From an uncultured Bacteroidales bacterium (GTDB taxonomy: Bacteria; Bacteroidota; Bacteroidia; Bacteroidales; GCA-2748055), in the NCBI GenBank assembly GCA_963764345.1, contig CAVXSF010000008.1:206706-270705 (forward strand): 64,000 bases of DNA, given 5' to 3'. Positions 19,537 to 30,395 of this stretch are shown in pieces. The position numbers and the translations under genes are program-made. Position 1 is the stretch's first letter, and each line of letters begins with the position of its first letter. The notes beneath the pieces are model-generated. The model saw nothing but the letters and a program-made list of their open reading frames with translations, was not told where the DNA came from and searched no databases.

Positions 19537-20888
19537 TGAGCAGGTACTTTCATGATATCGTAATAGCTATAGAATCTATTCTGTCCAATAAGCTCAGGAG
19601 CTTTCTCACCGCTCTTGGCATTATTTTCGGTGTAGCAGCTGTTATCAGCATGCTGGCCATCGGCAAGGGGGCACAACAGGAGATTCTTGATCAGATCAAA
19701 ATGGTGGGGGTGAACAATATTATCATCACACCGATTGTGCAGCCTAAAGGCCAGGATGAAGATTCGGATAATGGCGGTGCCAGCAAACAAAAGGCAAAAT
19801 TCTCACCCGGGCTTAATCTTAAGGATGTTAATGCGATCAAAGAGATCCTGCCTACTGTGAAAAGGATCAGCCCTGAGATTACCCTGAATTCTTTTGTGGT
19901 GCAAAACGGTAAACGGGCTTCAGCTAAACTTTTAGGAGTTTCGAACGCTTACTTCGATATTTTTAACCTGAAACTTTCGGAAGGTATATTCTTTAACGAC
20001 TACCAGGAAGAGAATGGAATAACTGTTTGTGTAATAGGGGCAAATATCGCCCAGACATTTTTCAGCAAGGAGAATCCTATTGGGAAATACATCAAGTTTG
20101 ACAGGGTATGGCTGAGGATCATCGGAGTAATTGCACGTAACGATGTGAAGTTGACCGGGTTTGAAAATACGGGTATTAACGTGATGAACGATAATATCTA
20201 TGTTCCGGTGAAGACGATGCTCCTGAGATTTCAGAACCGGGCACTGGTCTCATCACGGATCAGCAACAGCACGATCAGGTCGGGAGGCTTTATTTTATCG
20301 ATCAGCAGTGTCCCATCCCAAAATAGCGACAATAACTACCATCAGCTTGATAAGATCATTGTCCAGGTGAATGAATCCAAGGAACTTGATCCCTCAACGA
20401 AACTTCTTAGCCGCATGATCCTGAGGCGTCACCAGGAAGTCAGGGATTTCGAGATTACAGTGCCAGAGCTGTTGCTCAAACAGGAACAACGGACAAAGGA
20501 TATTTTTAACCTGGTTCTTGGTGCCATTGCCAGTATATCACTTCTTGTGGGAGGGATCGGCATTATGAACATTATGTTCGCCACGGTTATGGAACGGATC
20601 CAGGAGATCGGCACCAGGATGGCTATCGGGGCAAGAAAGCAGGATATCGTGGTTCAGTTTCTTTCTGAAGCCGTGCTGATCAGTGTTACGGGCGGTCTGC
20701 TAGGAGTCATTATCGGCATTGTCGCTTCCCGGCTTATCAACGATTTTTCCGGCATACTTACCATAATATCCCCATTCTCGGTTATTATAGCCTTTTTTGT
20801 TTCTGCTTCGGTAGGCATAATTTTCGGTTATTCACCGGCTAAACGGGCTTCAGAAAAAGATCCAATAGAATCACTCAGATATGAATAA
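19536..20888 (+). CDS. MacB-like ABC transporter permease (periplasmic core domain plus FtsX), without an ATPase domain
   Basis: N-terminal TM (LRSFLTALGIIFGVAAVISMLAIG), a large periplasmic domain, then the FtsX 3-TM C-terminus. A TAATG overlap links it to the adaptor stop. Confidence 0.85.
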   Translation: MSRYFHDIVIAIESILSNKLRSFLTALGIIFGVAAVISMLAIGKGAQQEILDQIKMVGVNNIIITPIVQPKGQDEDSDNGGASKQKAKFSPGLNLKDVNAIKEILPTVKRISPEITLNSFVVQNGKRASAKLLGVSNAYFDIFNLKLSEGIFFNDYQEENGITVCVIGANIAQTFFSKENPIGKYIKFDRVWLRIIGVIARNDVKLTGFENTGINVMNDNIYVPVKTMLLRFQNRALVSSRISNSTIRSGGFILSISSVPSQNSDNNYHQLDKIIVQVNESKELDPSTKLLSRMILRRHQEVRDFEITVPELLLKQEQRTKDIFNLVLGAIASISLLVGGIGIMNIMFATVMERIQEIGTRMAIGARKQDIVVQFLSEAVLISVTGGLLGVIIGIVASRLINDFSGILTIISPFSVIIAFFVSASVGIIFGYSPAKRASEKDPIESLRYE

Positions 20889-22371
20889 GCGAACTACGTT
20901 TTTTGTGAACCTGGCCATTATCCTTCTGCTACCATCGCAGCTAATCTTTTCGCAAGCCAATAAAAGGACCTTCACGCTGAACGACGTGATCCTGATTGCC
21001 AGAGAGCAATCACCAATGGCCATCATGGCAAAGCACCGTTTCAGAGGAAGTTATTGGGAATTCAGGACGTACAAGGCTGGTTTTCTGCCTACCCTTACAC
21101 TGAATACCACCCTGCCGGATCTGAACCGTTCCATCGACAAAATAACCCTGAACAACGGTAGTGACGCTTTTGTTGAAAGGAAACTCATTAACTCCAGCGC
21201 CGATATGGAACTCAGGCAGAACATCGGGTTTACCGGCGGCAGTATTTATATGAGTTCGGACCTTCAGAGGATCGACAACCTGGGGAAGGAGGGAGGAACA
21301 TCATACCTTTCGTACCCTGTGAATATCGGATTGCAGCAACCGATTAACGGTTATAATGATTTTCACTGGGAGAGACAAATCGAACCTCTTAAATACCAGG
21401 CCGCCCAGAGGCAGTATATCCAAACGCTCGAACAGGTATCTCTCCGGGCTGTCAACTATTTCTTTGACCTGGCACTGGCCCAGAAAAATCTGGATATCGC
21501 CAAAGTGAACTATTCGAATGCCGATACGCTGTACCGTATTGCAAAAGGACGTTACCAACTGGGTACCATTGCCGAGAATGAACTTCTCCAGATGGAACTC
21601 TCTTACCTGAATGCAGGAACGGACCTGAACAGTGCCCAGATCGACCTGGCTATTAAGAAATTTCAGCTGAACTCCTTCCTCGGACTGGGTCAGGAGGTCA
21701 ATATCGATCTGGATGTCTCTATCGATATTCCTGAAATTGAAATAAACCTTCAGAAAGCCCTGGATCAGGCCCAGACAAACAATCCTGATGTACTCGACCG
21801 CCAGCAACAGCTTTTGGAAGCCGACCAGGAGGTTGACAGGACGAAATCACAAAAGGGCCTCAATGCCTCTATCAATGCCAGCTTTGGACTGAGTCAGCGG
21901 TCGGACAAACTGAGTACTCTATATGCTGATCCGCAGGATCAGGAAAGAGTCAGGGTGGGTCTTACGATACCATTGGTCGACTGGGGCCTCGGACGCGGAA
22001 AATTCCGTATGGCACAGTCAGCGCAGGAAGTCGCTAAAACGAACGTCCATCAGGCAGAAATGGACTTTCAGCAGGAAGTCCTGCTCGAAGTCATGCAGTT
22101 CAACCTGCAGGATGATCAGCTTAAGATTGCGGCCAAGGCCGATACAGTTGGCTCAAGTCGTTACTTCGTAACGAAAGAGCGTTTTCTCATCGGCAGAATC
22201 AGCGTTCTTGACCTGAACGTGGCCCAGACCGAAAAAGATGAAGCCACACGCCGTTTCATCGCCGCACTTAGAAACTACTGGACCTATTTTTATACCATTC
22301 GCTCACTCACACTGTATGACTGGCTCAATGCCAAACCTCTTGAAGAAGATTTTGACGTCCTGCTCCAATAA
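20881..22371 (+). CDS. TolC family outer-membrane efflux protein
   Basis: Signal peptide and two TolC-type coiled-coil/barrel repeats. It overlaps the permease gene by 8 nt. Confidence 0.85.
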   Translation: MNKRTTFFVNLAIILLLPSQLIFSQANKRTFTLNDVILIAREQSPMAIMAKHRFRGSYWEFRTYKAGFLPTLTLNTTLPDLNRSIDKITLNNGSDAFVERKLINSSADMELRQNIGFTGGSIYMSSDLQRIDNLGKEGGTSYLSYPVNIGLQQPINGYNDFHWERQIEPLKYQAAQRQYIQTLEQVSLRAVNYFFDLALAQKNLDIAKVNYSNADTLYRIAKGRYQLGTIAENELLQMELSYLNAGTDLNSAQIDLAIKKFQLNSFLGLGQEVNIDLDVSIDIPEIEINLQKALDQAQTNNPDVLDRQQQLLEADQEVDRTKSQKGLNASINASFGLSQRSDKLSTLYADPQDQERVRVGLTIPLVDWGLGRGKFRMAQSAQEVAKTNVHQAEMDFQQEVLLEVMQFNLQDDQLKIAAKADTVGSSRYFVTKERFLIGRISVLDLNVAQTEKDEATRRFIAALRNYWTYFYTIRSLTLYDWLNAKPLEEDFDVLLQ

Positions 22372-22401
22372 ATGTACCTTTGGGTTAAATAAATTTTGGT
22401 T

Positions 22402-23961
22402 ATGAGGGTAGCGATCATTACAGTGCTGGCCCTCTTCACTCTTGAAGCCACATGGTGCCAGCACGACAGCCTTTCAATCGTTCATTTTGATGAGCTGAGT
22501 TATAATTCCTATTTTGAGGAACTGGCTTTCCTGGACTTTGAAAAGGGGAAGCAGGATTACCTCAGACTGCTGATGGCTGTCGATCCTTCCGTCAACACCA
22601 CGAAGTATGAAATCACCAGACGGGAGATCGAACTGGAACTGCAACAGGTGAAGGTCAGGAAATTTCAGAAAGCGAAACCCGAAAAGAAAATTGAACTCCT
22701 TTACGAAAACGTAAACGCCAATATCCTGAAGAGATACAAGGAGAAAGTATTGTTTCCCGACATATTCGCCCGGGGAGAGTTTAATTGTCTGACCGCTACA
22801 GCCTACTACGGGCTTTTGCTGGATTCTCTGAAGATTCCTTATGAATTCAGGGAAACCTATAATCACGTGCATCCGGTGGCCTACCCCGGACAGTCCCAGA
22901 TAAATATCGAAACGACAGATCCCTTCTCCGGGGTGAATTATTTCGATGAAAAGCTGAAGGTGAAGTTTGTGAATTATCTGCTGGATACCAAACGCGTCAG
23001 CCGTGAAACATACGACACGACAAACGTGGATCAACTGTTTAACCTGTATTACCTGCCCGAGAAAAATATCGGTCTGGAGGAAATCACCGGGCTTCAGTAC
23101 ATGAATGATGCACTTTTCCATTACGGATCGGAACAATATGCAGAAGCTTTCGAACAGATTAAAAAAGCCTATTTCCTCTATCCCTCGTCAAAAGTCCTGG
23201 CCGTTTTCCAGTTTATCCTCAACGGAACCATCTATGAAAGTGATTTTAAACAGATGATGGATGCGAGGTTCATAGTCTATCTTTCCCGGCTGATCAGGGA
23301 AAAGGTGGTAAGCAGCGAAACAGTGGCGAATTCGTTTAACTACATGAGTAATCTTGTTCTGGTCAACCGGTCGGATAAACAGTTGTACGACAGTATTTTT
23401 AACTTTCTCATGAGTAACCTTCAGCAACCTGAATTAAGAGAAACCATTGAATTCCAATATTCACTTTTAAGGGGGAAGTCCCTGCTCAATGAGTACAAAC
23501 TGAAAGAAGCACTCAAAATGTTCCAAAGAGCCTATCAGTTGAATCCTGAGAATCTGGAAGTGCAGTCGCTTTTCGTGAACACCTTTGCCTATACCTTTCA
23601 GAATTCTTCAAATAAGGAGGTGGTGAGCCGCATTGAAGATATCAGTGCCAGGTTTCCTTCCTTAGAAAAAAACGGCCTGTTTATCAGTCTTAAAATGATG
23701 GCCTACCTTTCATATGTGGAAGAGTTGTTTGATTTCGATGAACCGGAGTCGGCAATGAAGTATTTGACAGAATTTGAAACCATCTATAAAGAGAATCCCG
23801 GTCTGGAGCTCAATTATAAGCTTGTGGGAGATGCGTATTCGGCCGCTGCCGTCTATTTTTTCAAACACTATAATAAAAGCCGGGCAAAGGAATACCTCGA
23901 GAAAGGACTTAAAATAGCTCCGGATAACTATGAATTGCGCTACCGCCTGAATTCACTCTGA
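22402..23961 (+). CDS. Hypothetical protein with a possible transglutaminase-like Cys-His-Asp core and C-terminal TPR-like helices
   Basis: Signal-like N-terminus. GEFNCLTATAYYGLLLDSLKIPYEF..HVHPVAY..ETTDP resembles the C/H/D order of a transglutaminase-like core. The C-terminus contains ALKMFQRAYQLNPENLEV and AKEYLEKGLKIAPDNYEL. Confidence 0.4.
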   Translation: MRVAIITVLALFTLEATWCQHDSLSIVHFDELSYNSYFEELAFLDFEKGKQDYLRLLMAVDPSVNTTKYEITRREIELELQQVKVRKFQKAKPEKKIELLYENVNANILKRYKEKVLFPDIFARGEFNCLTATAYYGLLLDSLKIPYEFRETYNHVHPVAYPGQSQINIETTDPFSGVNYFDEKLKVKFVNYLLDTKRVSRETYDTTNVDQLFNLYYLPEKNIGLEEITGLQYMNDALFHYGSEQYAEAFEQIKKAYFLYPSSKVLAVFQFILNGTIYESDFKQMMDARFIVYLSRLIREKVVSSETVANSFNYMSNLVLVNRSDKQLYDSIFNFLMSNLQQPELRETIEFQYSLLRGKSLLNEYKLKEALKMFQRAYQLNPENLEVQSLFVNTFAYTFQNSSNKEVVSRIEDISARFPSLEKNGLFISLKMMAYLSYVEELFDFDEPESAMKYLTEFETIYKENPGLELNYKLVGDAYSAAAVYFFKHYNKSRAKEYLEKGLKIAPDNYELRYRLNSL

Positions 23962-24768
23962 TCATTTATTGTCAATCGCAAGATTGTATTTCCGGCTTAC
24001 TACCGCCCAGCTTTTATGGCTGGTCAGGAATGTTGCCGATATGGTGAGCGTTTCCATTAAAAAGCCGCCTTTATGCACTTCAAGATGGTAGTCAAGGGTG
24101 CCGTTTGCCGCTTTTCTTGGCCAGAGTCCACTGTGAATATACTTGTTATCTACCAGATCACCTATATAAAAAGTGGTTGAAGGTTCATTTTTTGAGAGAG
24201 AAATTTTCAGAATGTAAGTATTTCCCAGAGCCAGCCTGTTATCGGCAGTAATCAGGATCTTCGGAAGAAGATCAGGTATCTGTTTGCCATCCTGGGTATA
24301 TTCCCGGATGCCCAGGCCGGGATAATCATCTTTATAAGGCACTTCCGACATGACTTTACCGTTTTTGTAATAGCTGATTCTCATGCCTTCCGCCTTGCCT
24401 TCCCGGTAGTTGGTTACCCGGTATAATTCACCGCTTTTGTAGTACATTCTGACCGTGCCATTCAGCTTATTATTCCTGAAACTAACCTTGGTCCGGAGCT
24501 TACCATTATTGTAATAGGTGACGCCGGGCCCTTCCTTTTTCCCGTCCACATAGGTGTAAACACTTTCAAGGTAACCGTCAGGTGTATAGTTTTTGCAGAT
24601 CCCGTTCAGAAGGGTATCGTTTTTTACCCCGGCCTCAGTCTTTATCCTGCCGTTATCGTAATATTCATAGGCCACATTATCTTTTACACGGTTGTTCTTT
24701 GGTTTACAACCTGAAAAGACAAGAATAGTTGTAACCAGGATGATTAACAATCTTTGAATCTTGTGCAT
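23962..24768 (-). CDS. MORN-variant (YwqK-like) repeat lipoprotein
   Basis: Lipobox (LVFSGC) and repeated G..G....YY.NG.L motifs (YYDNGRIKTE, TYYNNGKLRT, MYYKSGELYR, SYYKNGKVMS). Confidence 0.65.
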   Translation of the reverse strand: MHKIQRLLIILVTTILVFSGCKPKNNRVKDNVAYEYYDNGRIKTEAGVKNDTLLNGICKNYTPDGYLESVYTYVDGKKEGPGVTYYNNGKLRTKVSFRNNKLNGTVRMYYKSGELYRVTNYREGKAEGMRISYYKNGKVMSEVPYKDDYPGLGIREYTQDGKQIPDLLPKILITADNRLALGNTYILKISLSKNEPSTTFYIGDLVDNKYIHSGLWPRKAANGTLDYHLEVHKGGFLMETLTISATFLTSHKSWAVVSRKYNLAIDNK

Positions 24769-24944
24769 TCACTGAAGTTTTAGGTCTACGGGCTGCATGT
24801 ACCCATAGGTGCTGTAAAGGAACAGCATTCCTGTAAAGATAATATCTTTCGGGAAATCTGATAAATTTCCGGCAGGGAAAACTGACGGTCAGTCTTCCTC
24901 GCTCAGATCGAATGTATACTCCTCGAAGAAGATTCCGGTTGGTT

Positions 24945-25886
24945 TCAATCGAAAAGATGCATATCATCCAAAATTTTCATCACACTCTTTACCGAGCTGG
25001 CTGATTCCATCAGCAATTTTTTCTCAGCTTCATTGAGTTTGATTTCGATGATCTCTTCTACACCCTGACGGCCCAGTTTAACAGGAACTCCGAGGAAAAT
25101 GTTATCCAGTCCGTATTCTCCGTGAAGGCAGGTGCAAATCGGGAAGATGCGTTTCTGGTCGTCGACGATAGCCTCAACCATCTGGGCGGCGGCAGCGCCG
25201 GGTGCATACCAGGCGGAAGTGCCCATAAGATTAACCAGTTCTCCACCGCCTTTGCGCGTGCGTTCAACAATCTTATCAATGACATCTTCACTCAGAAGGT
25301 CGGTTACCGGGATACCGTTTACCGAGGTGAACCTTGGCAGCGGAACCATGGTGTCACCATGACCGCCCATCAACAAAGCGTGAATATCTTTCGGGGAAAC
25401 ATCGAGGGCATCGGCAATAAAAGCTTTGTACCGGCCAGTGTCGAGTGTTCCCGCCATGCCAAATACACGGTTACATGGCTTGTGGGCTGCCAGTGAAGCA
25501 GCATAGGTCATAACATCCAAAGGATTGGAAACAACGATGATAATGGATTCAGGCGAATACTTAACCACCTTTTCGGTTACCTCTTTTACAATACCGGCAT
25601 TGGTCTTGATCAGGTCATCCCGCGACATTCCAGGCTTCCTGGGAATCCCGGATGTGATTACCACGATTCCCGAACCACGGGTCTTGAGGTAATCATTCGT
25701 CGAGCCAATGACCCTGGTGTTGAAATTATTAATGGAAGAGGACTGCCAGATATCCAAAGCCTTCCCCTCGGCAACACCCTCCTTGATATCTACAAGTACA
25801 ACTTCCTTTGCCAGGTCTTTATGTGCAATGACATTTGCGCAGGTAGCACCGACATTTCCTGCACCGATAACTGTTATTTTCTCCAT
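24945..25886 (-). CDS. mdh: Malate dehydrogenase (LDH-like MDH)
   Basis: KITVIGAGNVGAT Rossmann motif, ITSGIPRKPGMSRDDL substrate loop and the GGHGDTMVPL motif. Confidence 0.93.
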   Translation of the reverse strand: MEKITVIGAGNVGATCANVIAHKDLAKEVVLVDIKEGVAEGKALDIWQSSSINNFNTRVIGSTNDYLKTRGSGIVVITSGIPRKPGMSRDDLIKTNAGIVKEVTEKVVKYSPESIIIVVSNPLDVMTYAASLAAHKPCNRVFGMAGTLDTGRYKAFIADALDVSPKDIHALLMGGHGDTMVPLPRFTSVNGIPVTDLLSEDVIDKIVERTRKGGGELVNLMGTSAWYAPGAAAAQMVEAIVDDQKRIFPICTCLHGEYGLDNIFLGVPVKLGRQGVEEIIEIKLNEAEKKLLMESASSVKSVMKILDDMHLFD

Positions 25887-26131
25887 GTTTTAAAGGTTTA
25901 AGGTTTTCCTGAACACGTGAAACAAATATAATTAAATTATTTAATTATGTATATCTATTCCTTTAAGGGGAGTAATGACCTTGATACAATAGCAATAACA
26001 AGCTTCGGGAAATGAAGTTCGGTGCGGGATTTTTCATTCAGGCGGACTGAAAATGAACATGTGACACTCCGCCAAAGAAGCGACACGGGTATGCCATGCT
26101 GATTTGATATTCACTGTTTTTTATTAAACTT

Positions 26132-26599
26132 GTGAAAATTTTACTGATGCGGGATAAAATATGCCGTTTGCCATTGGAGATCATTGAACTCGACACTATG
26201 AGCTATCATATTATGGTTGAAGGGCAGATCAATGGCATACCCTGTCACCTGATCATTGATACAGGTGCCAGCCGTACCGTTTTTGACCGTAATTATTTCG
26301 AAAATGATATTGAAATACTGGAAGACAGAACCGATGATCTCCTTACAGCCGGCATTCTTGCCAGCAACATCGAATCGGTAATTGCGAACGCTGCAACATT
26401 CAGCATGGCAGGGTTCACCCTTAAGAACCTCCGGATCATCCTCATAGACCTTACGGGTATCAACGGCATTTATAAACCGGTGACCGGGAAAAACATTCAC
26501 GGCCTCCTGGGAAGTGACTTTTTGTTAAGCCATGGTGCTGTGATCGATTTTGAAAACAGATCTCTGGTGCTGCATACTAAGCGTATTCCGATAGGATGA
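26132..26599 (+). CDS. Retropepsin-like (clan AA) aspartic protease family protein
   Basis: LIIDTGASRTVF catalytic motif in a ~150-aa protein. The start is uncertain: GTG at 26132 or ATG at 26147. Confidence 0.6.
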   Translation: MKILLMRDKICRLPLEIIELDTMSYHIMVEGQINGIPCHLIIDTGASRTVFDRNYFENDIEILEDRTDDLLTAGILASNIESVIANAATFSMAGFTLKNLRIILIDLTGINGIYKPVTGKNIHGLLGSDFLLSHGAVIDFENRSLVLHTKRIPIG

Positions 26600-26786
26600 A
26601 GAGCGGGTCAAAATACTCCGGTACGGAATATGCCGGAATTATTTCCCTTTTATTTTATCGGTCTATTGATTGAATACCAATATATTTATACCAAAGTCAG
26701 AGGATGCCTTTTCAAGAATAAAATCAGGTTCATGATATTGCGTCTTAGAACATTCCCGGCAGGTATGAATTATAAAAAAAATGTTT

Positions 26787-26794
26787 TATATTTG
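26787..26794 (+). promoter_or_regulatory. Candidate Bacteroidota -7 box (TAnnTTTG) upstream of secDF
   Basis: TATATTTG lies 55 nt upstream of the secDF ATG. This is a motif match only. Confidence 0.3.
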
Positions 26795-26848
26795 CCCGTC
26801 AATTTTGGACGTTAATAGGGAACAAATCAAATATTTAAATTAATAAAC

Positions 26849-29800
26849 ATGCAAAATAAAGGAGCCATCCGATTATTCGCTATCATTTTGGCCCTGGTCT
26901 GCGTTTACCAGTTATTATTCACTTTTTTTGCCGTAAGAACGGAGAATAAGGCTAAGGAATACGCAGCGGGTAACAGAACTTTGGAACGCCATTACCTGGA
27001 TTCAATATCCAATGTGACCGTTTATAATTTCCTCGGTTTACGGAAGTATACCTATGAAGAATGTAAAGAGAAGGAAATTAACCTTGGTCTTGACCTCAAA
27101 GGTGGAATGGACGTTGTTCTCGAGATTTCAGTCGAAGATGTTATAAAATCGGTTGCCGCACCACATTACCTTACCGATCCGATGTTCACTAAGACCCTGG
27201 AGCTTGCTAAAAAGAAGAGGCTGAACAGTCAGGAAGATTTTGTGGATATGTTTGCTGAATCCTATCAGGAAGTCAATCCTGGTGGAAAGCTGGCACAATT
27301 TTTCATGACTCCCGAAACAAGAGGAGAAATTGATCTGAATACAACCAATGAGCAGGTTGTTGCATTTTTAAAGAAACAGGCTGAATCGGCAGTGTCCAAT
27401 TCTTTTAACGTTCTCAGAAACAGGATTGACCGCTTTGGGGTTGTACAGCCCAATATTCAGCGTCTGGAAAATCAGGGGAGGATACTGGTTGAGCTTCCCG
27501 GTGTCGATGATCCCGACAGGGTGGCCCGGCTATTGACCGGAACGGCAAACCTTGAATTCTGGACCACTTATGAGAACTCCGAGATCCTTCCTTACCTCCA
27601 GCAGGCAAACAGTCTCCTGAAAGATATTATGAGTACCGGCACAGAGATCCTGCCCACTGACAGTTCTGTTCATGGCACCACTCAGGGTTCATCACCGGCT
27701 AAAAGCGACACATCCGAAATTTCCATATTAGGGAATCAGGACACTACCGGCCAGGTTGGCCTGCTTCAGGGAACCGATACTACGCAAACCGGTCTTGAAC
27801 AGCAGGAAGCGGAGAAGGAAAACCCACTGTTTTCTATTCTGACCCCTTATGTTGATAATAATATGCAACCGGTGGCGGGTGCAGTTGTTGGAGTCTCCAA
27901 TGTCACCGATACGGCAATGGTTGATTCATACCTCAACCGGCCCCAGGTTAAAGCATTATTCCCTAACGATCTGAGATTTTACTGGGATCATAAGCCGATG
28001 AAAGGAAATGAATCGTTCATCAGACTCTATGCCATCAAAACAACCCGCGACGGGCGTCCTTCTCTCAGCGGTAAGTATGTCACGAATGCAAATATGGCTT
28101 ACGGGCAGTTTAAAAGTGAAGCTGAGGTAAGCATGACGATGAACTCGGAAGGTGCCAAGAAATGGGCTAATCTTACCAGGGAGAATGTCGGAAAATGTAT
28201 TGCCATTGTGCTCGACGGTTACGTTGTCTCTGCACCGGTTGTAAAAACGGAAATCAAAGGAGGTTCCTCCAGCATCAGCGGTAATTTTACCCAGGCAGAA
28301 GCTACCGACCTTGCCAACATTCTTAACTCCGGTAAAATGCCGGCACGGGCCAGGATCGAATCTGAAGAAGTGGTTGGTCCGTCTCTCGGACAGGCTTCAA
28401 TCAATGCAGGTCTGAACTCATTCCTGATTGCTTTCGTTATCGTCCTCCTTTATATGCTTTTCTATTATAGCCGCAGTGCCGGTTTAATCGCAGATATTGC
28501 CCTGATAGCCAATATGTTCTTTCTTATCGGGGTGCTTGCCTCACTGCAGGCCGTTCTTACCCTCCCCGGTATTGCAGGTATTGTGCTTACCATTGGTATG
28601 TCTGTTGATGCCAACGTGCTGATATATGAACGAATACGAGAAGAAATATCGGCGGGGAAAGGCATCAAGCTGGCCATTTCCGATGGGTATAAGCATGCCT
28701 ACAGCGCCATCATCGATGCCAACGTCACGACCCTCCTCACCGGGATCATCCTTTACCTGTTCGGTACCGGACCCATCAAGGGTTTTGCCACCACACTGGT
28801 CATCGGTATCCTGACATCCCTCTTCTCCGCGATCTTCATCACCAGGCTCATTTACGAAAGAAAACTGGCAAAGGATAAATCATCACTGAGATTCTCAACC
28901 AAACTGACGGAGAATGCCTTCAAAAAAGCCCATATCAATTTCATCGGTCTGAGGAAAATTTTCTATGTCATTTCCGGTATAATAGTCCTCGGCGGAGCAT
29001 TGGGTCTCATCTTCCGCGGATTGAATACAGGTGTTGACTTCACGGGGGGACGTAACTATGTGATTCAGTTCTCTCATGATGTGAATCCCGTTGAAGTACG
29101 GTCAGCTCTCAGCAAGGAGTTCGGTGAAATGCCGGGTGTGATCACCTTTGGAGAGAAGACTACCATCCGGATTACCACGAAATATATGATTCAGAGCGAC
29201 AGTCCTGAAGCGGATTCCACCATCAGGTCAATGCTCTATGCCGGGCTTCAGCCATTCTTTAAGGAGAAGGTACCCTATACTAAGTTCATGACCACCGATG
29301 ATTATATCAAGTCAGTCCAGAAGGTAGGTCCAACCATTGCCGATGATATCAAGGTCCAGGCAGTCGAGGCGATCTTCTTCGCCCTGATTATGATGTTCAT
29401 CTATATCATCGTTCGGTTCCGGAACTGGCAGTATGGTCTTGGTGCCGTCCTCGCCCTGGTTCATGACGTGACCATTACCCTTGGAGCCTTCGCACTTTTC
29501 CATGATATTCTGCCGTTCTCCATGGAGATAGATCAGGCCTTCATTGCGGCCATACTTACTGTGGTGGGGTATTCCATCAACGATACGGTGGTAATCTTCG
29601 ACCGTATCAGGGAATACCGGAAGGTATTCCGGCGAAAGGGACAATGCGGAGACGATGAACCTGGCACTGAACAGTACACTGGGTCGTACCTTCAGTACAT
29701 CGTTAAGTACCTTTGTCGTTATCCTGGCGATCTTTATTTTCGGTGGTGAAGTGATCAGAGGCTTTACCTTCGCCCTTCTTATCGGTGTATTTGTCGGTAC

Positions 29801-29882
29801 ATATTCCTCATTGTTCATTGCAACACCGATCGCTTACGATACCTTTGGTAAAAACCTCGAAGCAGAAAAAGAGAAAAAATGA
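26849..29882 (+). CDS. secDF: Protein translocase subunit SecDF (fused), frame broken near 29620 in this sequence
   Basis: SecD and SecF halves are in one ORF. After ..VVIFDRIREYRKV the track ORF runs into nonsense, while the adjacent frame gives YSGERDNAETMNLALNSTLGRTFSTSLSTFVVILAIFIFGGEVIRGF..., the conserved SecF end. Confidence 0.9.
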
Positions 29883-29920
29883 ATTTTTATTGAATTGAAT
29901 AATATGATGAACTGATCTTG

Positions 29921-29961
29921 AACCGCAGGGTTTCACAATGTTGAAATCCTGCGGTTTTTTT
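29921..29961 (+). terminator. Rho-independent terminator after secDF
   Basis: AACCGCAGGGTTTCA / TGAAATCCTGCGGTT stem followed by a T7 run. Confidence 0.7.
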
Positions 29962-30058
29962 ATCTTTCAGGCTTAGTAATAAGCTTAAATAAAGTTAATC
30001 CACGGAAGGTATCCTGATAATTTTTAAACGTTGGGAGACAACTTTGAAAAAGTCTGTA

Positions 30059-30066
30059 TATCTTTG
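30059..30066 (+). promoter_or_regulatory. Candidate -7 box (TAnnTTTG) upstream of tatA
   Basis: TATCTTTG lies 18 nt upstream of the start codon. Motif match only. Confidence 0.3.
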
Positions 30067-30083
30067 TTGAAAATTATTGCAAG

Positions 30084-30356
30084 ATGTCAGGAAGTCTGTT
30101 ATTTATTAGCGGGCAGGAGATGGTAATAGTATTCATCATTGTACTGTTACTATTCGGTTCAAAACGAATCCCCGAAGTTGCTAAGGGTCTGGGCAAAGGC
30201 ATGAAGGAATTTAAAAAGGCCACTGACGATATAAAGCGTGAAATCAGGGATAGTTCTGCTGATGTGATGGAAGATTTTAAAGATATCAGACGCGATATCG
30301 AAAGCGACACCAGGGAAATTGTAAAAAATGTGAAGAAAAATATCGAGGAAGATTGA
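30084..30356 (+). CDS. tatA: Twin-arginine translocase TatA/TatE family subunit
   Basis: Short TM helix plus amphipathic helix ([32 protein letters not shown]) and an acidic tail. Confidence 0.85.
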   Translation: MSGSLLFISGQEMVIVFIIVLLLFGSKRIPEVAKGLGKGMKEFKKATDDIKREIRDSSADVMEDFKDIRRDIESDTREIVKNVKKNIEED

Positions 30357-30395
30357 TTTTTCTCTTCTCTTTCCTGGAAATCCCTCAGATAATAT

